Source of the DNA: Octopus vulgaris | Lineage: Eukaryota | Direction of reading: 5' to 3' | Length of the DNA stretch: 64,000 nt | Assembly: GCA_951406725.2 (NCBI GenBank) | Contig: OX597814.1 | Location: 84,258,001-84,322,000 of the forward strand | In this document: positions 55,965 through 64,000 of the stretch, piece by piece | Layout of the letters: the number at the start of each line of letters is the position of its first letter | Position numbering within the stretch: the stretch's first letter is position 1 | Notes under the pieces: model-generated | The model's database searches: none | What the model was told of the DNA's origin: nothing | The model's input: only the letters and a program-made list of their open reading frames with translations | Position numbers and translations under genes: made by a program

Positions 55965-56013
<49 letters not shown>

Positions 56014-56219
56014 TACCCCTACCATCGCTTGACAACCGATGTTGCTGTGTTTACGTCCCCGTAACTTAGCTGTTTGGCAAAACACACCAATACAATAAGT
56101 ACTTGGCTTACAAAGAATAAATCCTCGGATCGATTTCTTCGGTTAAAAGCGATGCTCCAGCATGGCCGCAGTCACGTGACCGAAACAAGTAAAACAATAA
56201 AAAAACTATGCCAGTTTAA

Positions 56220-56249
56220 CCCCGAGCAACGCCAGGTATCTCTGCTAGT
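56220..56249 (+). mobile_element. Helitron-like 3' terminus
   Basis: CCCGAGCAACGCCAGG imperfect hairpin followed by tatctctgCTAG|T. Confidence 0.5.
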
Positions 56250-57093
56250 TAAATAAAGCTGTCAGTTTGAGGAGGAAGCAGACATTCAAGTTATGAAACA
56301 TATTAGCTGCCATAAATTTCTTAAGTAAGCAAGTACTACGGTGCAGAGGACATAGTAATTCAGCAGGTCTAAAAACTCTGAAAACCGGAACATTTATTAA
56401 GGTATCGTTTTTAAGAGACAATATGATTTTTGTCTCAAACGCTACCTTGAGGTTTTGAAGGACTTACAGTTGAAACGGCTGAAAAAAAGGAAAGAATAAT
56501 CGAAATGATGTGGAAATTTACTATCAATATTATCCACACACCTATAAACTATATTGTCAGCCATCTGCATCATTATGAAGTCACGCGTGGTTAATGAATT
56601 TACCAATGAGAAATAGTCTGTATAAATGGACAGTATTCAAAACACTACAATGATTTTCTACGAAACCATTATTTTGCCTTATGTTTTGTTGGACACAATA
56701 AAATAATGCTGCTTGTTTGGGAAAAACGTTTCAGACGCTACTGGTTGGAATAATACCAACAAGTGAAGCCTATGTTGTATTGATTAAAACATCTGGACTC
56801 TCAAGACATCATTAAAACAATAAGAAATTTCATCGGAAAAAACTAACCAAATGTTCGTAACGAGGAAAGCGATTTTGCAATAAAGTGGACGACTGGCAGT
56901 ATGAACAGCAGAGCAGCTGAGCTGAAGAGCAGCTTTCTGGGAATCCTTGAGCTATGCTAGTCAGCAGAGTCAGGGGTAACAAATACTGTGGGAAGGTGGG
57001 AGAAAGCTGTGAAGCGTTAGACAGTTTGAGGTAGGAATAGAAACAAAAGAAGGTAAGGCATAAAATTAGCTCATCAGACCTCAACTAACCTCA

Positions 57094-57140
57094 GCCACAT
57101 CATCCAAACCGACCGGTTGAAACCAGGCTTAGCTGCTAGT
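57094..57140 (+). mobile_element. Helitron-like 3' terminus, same family as 75-121
   Basis: GCCACATCATCCAAAC.GACCGG.TGAAACC.GGCTTAGCTGCTAG|T is shared. Confidence 0.6.
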
Positions 57141-57233
57141 ATACATATATATATACATGCATACATATGTGTGTGTGTGTGTATATATATATATATGTAT
57201 GTATGTATATACATATAATATATATATATATAC

Positions 57234-57265
<32 letters not shown>

Positions 57266-57595
57266 ATGTATAATTGACACCCAGTGAGGGTCGAGTTCTG
57301 CACATCTTCGTATATACCGTCTGCAAACACGTCCGCATAGACCCATGTGAATATGGACATATTCACATTCTTACCAATACACGTACATGAAATTATATCC
57401 CCATGCACATCGGCATACGGTTTCACGATCCAATGTAAGTTCCTGATCTAACATAGGGAAGGCTCCAGGTGCGGTGTTTTCATAAAGAAAGAACACAAAT
57501 GGGTTAAAGTTCACTACAGCTGTTTCAGACGAGTTTTTCATTACTGAAAAAACGTTTTCTTCAGGTGAATTAAAATTTAAAATTATCATTCATCT

Positions 57596-57845
57596 TTTAT
57601 CTGCTCCAGTTATTGGATTGCAGCCATGCTGGAGTAATCAACTCCACAGATTTAGCCGAACGACTCAACGTAATCTTAAGCACTTAATTTTTAGTCGGGT
57701 ATTTACTCTATCGATCTCTTCGATAGAGCCGTTATGTAAACGAAGCAACACCGATTATCAAGTGTCGGAGTGGGAAACAAACATAACCACACATACACAT
57801 ATACATATACACACACATTATCAACAGACAGACAGACAGACAAAC

Positions 57846-57925
<80 letters not shown>

Positions 57926-58090
57926 GAGACAGACCTCTACACTGTCTCCGTCTATCAACCAAATTTATTCACAATGCATTGGTCGGTCCAGGCCCATAAT
58001 TGAAGTCACTCGCCCCAGCTGCTGCACAGTGATACAGAACCCGACACCACGCGGTTGCAAAGCAAGCTTCTTAACTACACAGCCATACCT
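57596..58090 (-). mobile_element. Family B SINE with internal (TAGA)n
   Basis: Head and tail homologous to 12150-12447. Confidence 0.7.
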
Positions 58091-58613
58091 GTATACAAAC
58101 ATCTAAGTTTAAAAAACAAATACGATTTAAATATTTGGGTTCTTAAATATATTAAGCATCACCTATTTGCCGCAAAAAGAACCCATCAAAAGGTAGAACA
58201 AAATTGTAATCGCATTCCAGATGTTCACATTAACGATTATACTGCAATGTGCCTAGCATATCTTTCTATCAAATTAAGCAGCGTTTTGCTGCAGTTAATT
58301 ACCAATTCTACCTCTATAAATGCTACCCTTAATGCCCAGTTAGTTTCGCAATTTCCTTAACATGCAGCAAATTTTATGTGTGTGTATGTATGTATGTATG
58401 TATGTATGTATGTATGTATGTATGTATGTATGTATGTATACACGCGCATATTATGAGCGGCACAAGCATTATTACTTTAAATTGCAATCTATATCATACT
58501 TAAAGCAGATACATCGTTACCGTAGTTAATGAGGCTCTCAACGCTATATCTGCTTGAAGTATATTACACAGATTGATGAATGGATAGCTCGATATACATT
58601 TATATATATATAT

Positions 58614-58645
<32 letters not shown>

Positions 58646-58647
<2 letters not shown>

Positions 58648-60650
58648 AAAAAAGGAGATGTCGAACACGAGTGGTGATATATAAAAAAGGAAATGAAGAA
58701 AATGCTGACAAATAATTGAAGTAATTTAAGTAATTTAATTAGGTGAAAGTTCTTTTTACCGGTTGCGCATTTGTTATGCTTATCAAAATATAAAAGAGAG
58801 ATTAGAGTCTGTCTCTTATATGTGAAAAAAAGAGGCTCCAGAGTTGTTTGGGATTTGCTTGGTTTCGCGCCTAAAATTTTGATTGGTCATTATGAAGGGG
58901 TCACGTGAATGTTTGAATGGAAGTTGGTGTTGGGGTAAGAAAAAAGGCTCCAGAGAAGTTAAAATTTGGCTAGTGTCCCGCCTAAAATTTCTTATTGGCC
59001 ATAATAAAGAGGTCACGTGAATGTTTAGAATTTTCGAAAATAGTGTTGTTGAAAATTCTTATTGTTCAGGCTGGTCAGTAGACGTCATGTGGATATTTTA
59101 AATAGCTTTTTAGCGCGTAGTTAGGGAGTGTATTTTCCGCTTGACTGGATAAGTAAGTTCGTTTAGAACAGGGAGAGCTGTATGTATGTATGTGTGTGCG
59201 CGCGCGCGCGCGTGTGTGTGTTTATATGTATGTTGGGGCGCGCGCGCGTGTATATATGTGTGTGTGTGTGGGTAAAATTTTCAATATTTATAGTTCTGCT
59301 GGCCTTGTGCCTGTATCGGGAAGCAACGTATTTGTGTGAAGTCAATATTTACAGCCATTTCCAAAAAATAGTGTTGGATGTTTTGCACCCGTATTCAATT
59401 ATGTGTATGTGTGGAACCATATATTTGTGTGTGTCATGGTGTTAATATCTGGGTAAAGGTGTGTGTAGGGTGTGTGCAGGTGTAAGTGTGTTTGTTGTGG
59501 GTTCGTGTTAGGGGCATGTGTTTAGAAGTGGTCTGTATTTATTAATAAGGTGGGATTCCATGGTTATTCGCTGGGTATGAGTGGCATTGTCTTTAAATTT
59601 GTAGAGGGGAAAGATTCTAAAATTGGGATGGAGTTGTGCGGCACAGGTATCAATATGTGCACTAAATGCTATTTTTCTATATTCCTGTATTTTTATTTGG
59701 GATCTGTGGACAGTCATGCGTTGGCGGAGGCTATTTTTTGTTTGGCCTATGTAGTGTTCATTACAGCCCGAGCAAGTTAAGACATATACTAGGTTTTCTG
59801 ATGCGCATGTGAAGTTGTGTTTTACTGTGAAACGTTGTCCTTGTTTAAAAAGGAATTCCGGACCTTCTATTAGGTTGATGCATATACCACAGTTGGGTCT
59901 ATTGCATTTGTTTACTGTGGGTTTAGTTGTTGTGGTTGGCAGTACTTTGGCATTTGTTAGGATGGTTTTCAATGATTTGGGTTGCCTTTTGCTCTTTATG
60001 ATTTCGTGTGTTCGGAGGATTTGGTTCATTCTATGGTCCTTTTGTAATACAGGAATGTTCTGGAGGATGGTGTCAAAAGCTTCATTGTTGAGGGGGTTGT
60101 GTGTAGAGATGTATGGTAGAGTAGATGTAACAGGTTTAGGGCGTCTAAGTTCCTGCGTGCTGAGTTTTAGGGCGCGTTGGATCCCATTGTCAATTAGTGA
60201 CGTGGGGTAATCCCTGCTTGTTAATGTGCCCTTGAGTTCTTGTAGACGTAAGAGACGGGTGTTTTTATTGGAGACTATAGTGCAAATTCTCTTGGCTAAG
60301 TTGTAGGGAATGTTAATTTTAACGTGTCTAGGGTGGCATGAATTGAAAGGGAGGTATTGCTTGGAGTCTGTGGGCTTGTAGTATATGTCTGTTTCTATTT
60401 TTTTGTTGTGAATTTTAATGAGGATGTCGAGGAAGGGAATTTGTTGAGGGCTGTATTCCATTGTGAAAATAATGTTTGTGTTGAGCCCATTTATAAGAGT
60501 GTGAAATTCGTTAAGCTTCTCGACGGTTTCGGGCCAAAGGATGAAGCAGTCATCAAGATATCTCTTCCAGTTCTTCTCTATGTGTGTGTGGAGAGTGGTG
60601 CCAAATTGGTTAAGAACGTTATTATAGAGGGTGATTTCCAGGTATCCCAT
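58646..60650 (-). mobile_element. 5'-truncated Neptune-type PLE, left arm (RT C-half + GIY-YIG ORF 59508-60650, 3' pseudo-LTR)
   Basis: MGYLE...WKRYLDD...IPFLD...CNRPNCGIC...LVYVLTCSGCNEHYIGQT...E..LI..YRPLLN. Confidence 0.95.
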
Positions 60651-60651
60651 G

Positions 60652-62200
60652 ACATTAACAAGCAGGGATTACCCCACGTCACTAATTGACAATGGGATCC
60701 AACGCGCCCTAAAACTCAGCACGCAGGAACTTAGACGCCCTAAACCTGTTACATCGAAACCCCATACTCTACCATACATCTCTACACACAACCCCCTCAA
60801 CAATGAAGCTTTTGACACCATCCTCCAGAACATTCCTGTATTACAAAAGGACCATAGAATGAACCAAATCCTCCTAACACACGAAATCATAAAGAGCAAA
60901 AGGCAACCCAAATCATTGAAAACCATCCTAACAAATGCCAAAGTACTGCCAACCACAACAACTAAACCCACAGTAAACAAATGCAATAGACCCAACTGTG
61001 GTATATGCATCAACCTAATAGAAGGTCCGGAATTCCTTTTTAAACAAGGAGAACGTTTCACAGTAAAACACAACTTCACATGCGCATCAGAAAACCTAGT
61101 ATATGTCTTAACTTGCTCGGGCTGTAATGAACACTACATAGGCCAAACAAAAAATAGCCTCCGCCAACGCATGACTGTCCACAGATCCCAAATAAAAATA
61201 CAGGAATATAGAAAAATAGCATTTAGTGCACATATTGATACCTGTGCCGCACAACTCCATCCCAATTTTAGAATCTTTCCCCTCTACAAATTTAAAGACA
61301 ATGCCACTCATACCCAGCGAATAACCATGGAATCCCACCTTATTAATAAATACAGACCACTTCTAAACACATGCCCCTAACACGAACCCACAACAAACAC
61401 ACTTACACCTGCACACACCCTACACACACCTTTACCCAGATATTAACACCATGACACACACAAATATATGGTTCCACACATACACATAATTGAATACGGG
61501 TGCAAAACATCCAACACTATTTTTTGGAAATGGCTGTAAATATTGACTTCACACAAATACGTTGCTTCCCGATACAGGCACAAGGCCAGCAGAACTATAA
61601 ATATTGAAAATTTTACCCACACACACACACATATATACACGCGCGCGCGCCCCAACATACATATAAACACACACACGCGCGCGCGCGCGCACACACATAC
61701 ATACATACAGCTCTCCCTGTTCTAAACGAACTTACTTATCCAGTCAAGCGGAAAATACACTCCCTAACTACGCGCTAAAAAGCTATTTAAAATATCCACA
61801 TGACGTCTACTGACCAGCCTGAACAATAAGAATTTTCAACAACACTATTTTCGAAAATTCTAAACATTCACGTGACCTCTTTATTATGGCCAATAAGAAA
61901 TTTTAGGCGGGACACTAGCCAAATTTTAACTTCTCTGGAGCCTTTTTTCTTACCCCAACACCAACTTCCATTCAAACATTCACGTGACCCCTTCATAATG
62001 ACCAATCAAAATTTTAGGCGCGAAACCAAGCAAATCCCAAACAACTCTGGAGCCTCTTTTTTTCACATATAAGAGACAGACTCTAATCTCTCTTTTATAT
62101 TTTGATAAGCATAACAAATGCGCAACCGGTAAAAAAGAACTTTCACCTAATTAAATTACTTAAATTACTTCAATTATTTGTCAGCATTTTCTTCATTTCC

Positions 62201-62208
<8 letters not shown>
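60652..62208 (+). mobile_element. Inverted, shorter copy of the same PLE, right arm (ORF fragment to 61380, 3' pseudo-LTR)
   Basis: Near-identical reverse complement of 58680-60227. Confidence 0.95.
62091..62138 (+). ncRNA. Hammerhead-like motif in pseudo-LTR (mirror copy at 58751-58797, minus)
   Basis: UUGAUAA-GCAU aacaa AUGC-GCAA-CCGG-UA: U3-A8 core, 4-bp stem II, palindromic stem III ACCGGU. GAAA reads GCAA in both arms. Confidence 0.65.
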
Positions 62209-62248
<40 letters not shown>

Positions 62249-62482
62249 TACACTTATAACATTACATGATATATATATATATATATATATCTGTATGTAT
62301 GTATTTACTGTTTATTCTAACAATACTGTGCAGTGACAGCATTATTCTGAAGTTGTGCACAAAACATACAGTGTGTCATACACACATGAATACTTATATA
62401 CCTACACGCATATGTATTGTAAAATTATATAATTTCGTGTGTCTATGTATGTTTGTATGTGTGTGTGTTTGTATATATATTT

Positions 62483-62631
62483 ATATACTTTTTTTAAAGC
62501 TACAAAATTATCGCACAACTGCTACTCAGAGTTTCACGTTCCTGTTCTTCATTACAATTGTGCGATGAGCGGGAACGTGAAACTCTGAGTAACAGTTCTG
62601 TGATAATTTTGCAGCTTTACTAAAATGTATA
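62483..62631. repeat. Short inverted repeat made of two truncated HHR-bearing fragments
   Basis: AAAGCTACAAAATTATCGCACAACTGCTACTCAGAGTTTCACGTTCC is mirrored by GGAACGTGAAACTCTGAGTAACAGTTCTGTGATAATTTTGCAGCTTT. Confidence 0.8.
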
Positions 62632-62710
62632 TTCGAGTACTATTTCCTCATATTTACTATTTTTCCACCTTGTTTTGCACTTATTTGCTCACCTGTGTGT
62701 GTGTATATAT

Positions 62711-62791
<81 letters not shown>

Positions 62792-63099
62792 ATAAACTCT
62801 CCCGTCGTTGGACGACGTATGATACTTTAATTTCTGCCGAACAGACGTGTTTTTTTTCTGCTCGTAAGTGTTGTTACTATTTCGAATCTGTATTCATCAA
62901 CTGCTAATTTTTTTTGCATCCCTGAATCTAAACCTGCCTAGAAGGGGAAGCATCGTGCCCAGGAATTCCCCCTTTCAAGGGGCGAATTGCATCTTTTTCT
63001 ACCTTTTTCTAGTATAAATTGTTTACACAATTAATTTTTGTATCAAGGCTTCCACCCACGGCAAATATAACGCCCCCAACGTCGAAGCATACGACAACC

Positions 63100-64000
63100 T
63101 GCTTAATGAATTGTACCAGGAAATGTTCACTGCCCTTCCCTGTCGCGAACAGGAGGGGGAGAACAACGTAGTTGCCCAGGACAAGATGACGAATTCTGTC
63201 AAGGAAACCCTAATCCGCAACACCATTGACCACGAAACTGAGAAAACCAAACCGAACAGATGCGGTTTCGCATCTGTAGCAACTGTGAACCTCGAAACTA
63301 TAAGCATTAACATAACAAATCTTGAAAAATACAAAAGTTTTTAAAACATGAAGGCACCAACGTGAATCCAACCTTACCAGGCGAAATCATACATATGACA
63401 AAAAGAAAAACTATTATATACAATTTTTTTTCTTTTTAAACGAAAAAAATTGAACACGCATCCAAAGAAAGTATAGAAAAATGTTTACAACCAATATGGA
63501 GAAACACTACCTTTGTGGCGGGAGAAAAAAGTTTGGTACTGTTGAGGTTAGGTTTGCGTCCGAAGAAGAAGTAAAAATAACACTCCACAGTGCCCCTAAT
63601 ATTATTAACTACATTATTAACTGATATTATTAACTACATACTTGGGCAAAAGAACCTCGAAAATAAAAATAAGGGAGGTCCCACCAAAGCCTGATGTAGT
63701 GCGGCTGGTTGCAACTGTCCTGTTGGACCTAGAAAATAAAATAGCTATTCTGCAAGTCACCAAGCTACGTCAACAAAACTGATGTGGTTATGTCTGGAAA
63801 TCCTAATCCAGGCAACCCAACAGGACCTGAAAGGCATACCGGACCTGATCAAATTACCCGATGAAACAGCACTACACATCATGGTGGAGGGACGTAGACC
63901 CAGATGCTAAACATGTAGGCAGAAGGGCCACATCAGATTTATATGCCTACAGGAACCAACAGCAATGGGTCCCCCTCCACCTAACGATCATACACAGACT
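63100..64000 (+). mobile_element. Decayed L1/Tx1-like ORF1 with CCHC zinc knuckle (runs off the window)
   Basis: KFGTVEVRFASEEE...KIKIREVPP...IMVEGRRPRC*TCRQKGHIRFIC, with stops and frameshifts. Confidence 0.6.

Noticed and set aside
58680-62208. Inverted repeat as an assembly artefact
   Set aside because: The arms differ by substitutions and a 9-bp indel, have unequal lengths and match typical PLE geometry. Not formally excluded without reads.

Overview
AT-rich, microsatellite-saturated eukaryotic DNA. The repeat spectrum points to a coleoid cephalopod, most likely Octopus (inference). No host gene can be named, and nearly all listed ORFs are translations of (TA)n/(CA)n/(TAGA)n. The window is mostly mobile DNA: an uninterrupted Neptune-type Penelope-like element (PLE; RT + GIY-YIG, ~43.76-46.89 kb), a second PLE as a 5'-to-5' inverted pair (58.6-62.2 kb), an R4/Dong-type LINE in (TAA)n, Tc1/mariner, pogo and hAT remnants and MITEs, Helitron 3' ends and many tRNA-derived SINEs. 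The main hidden signal is RNA structure. About ten minimal type-I hammerhead ribozyme (HHR) motifs occur, most with a self-complementary stem III. Two ORF-less elements with ~360-nt repeat units (2447-3247 and 52243-52772) look like retrozymes or non-autonomous PLEs. They are diverged homologues that keep the same rod-like fold and a second covarying RNA motif about 70 nt downstream of the cleavage site. All alignments and folds were done by eye.
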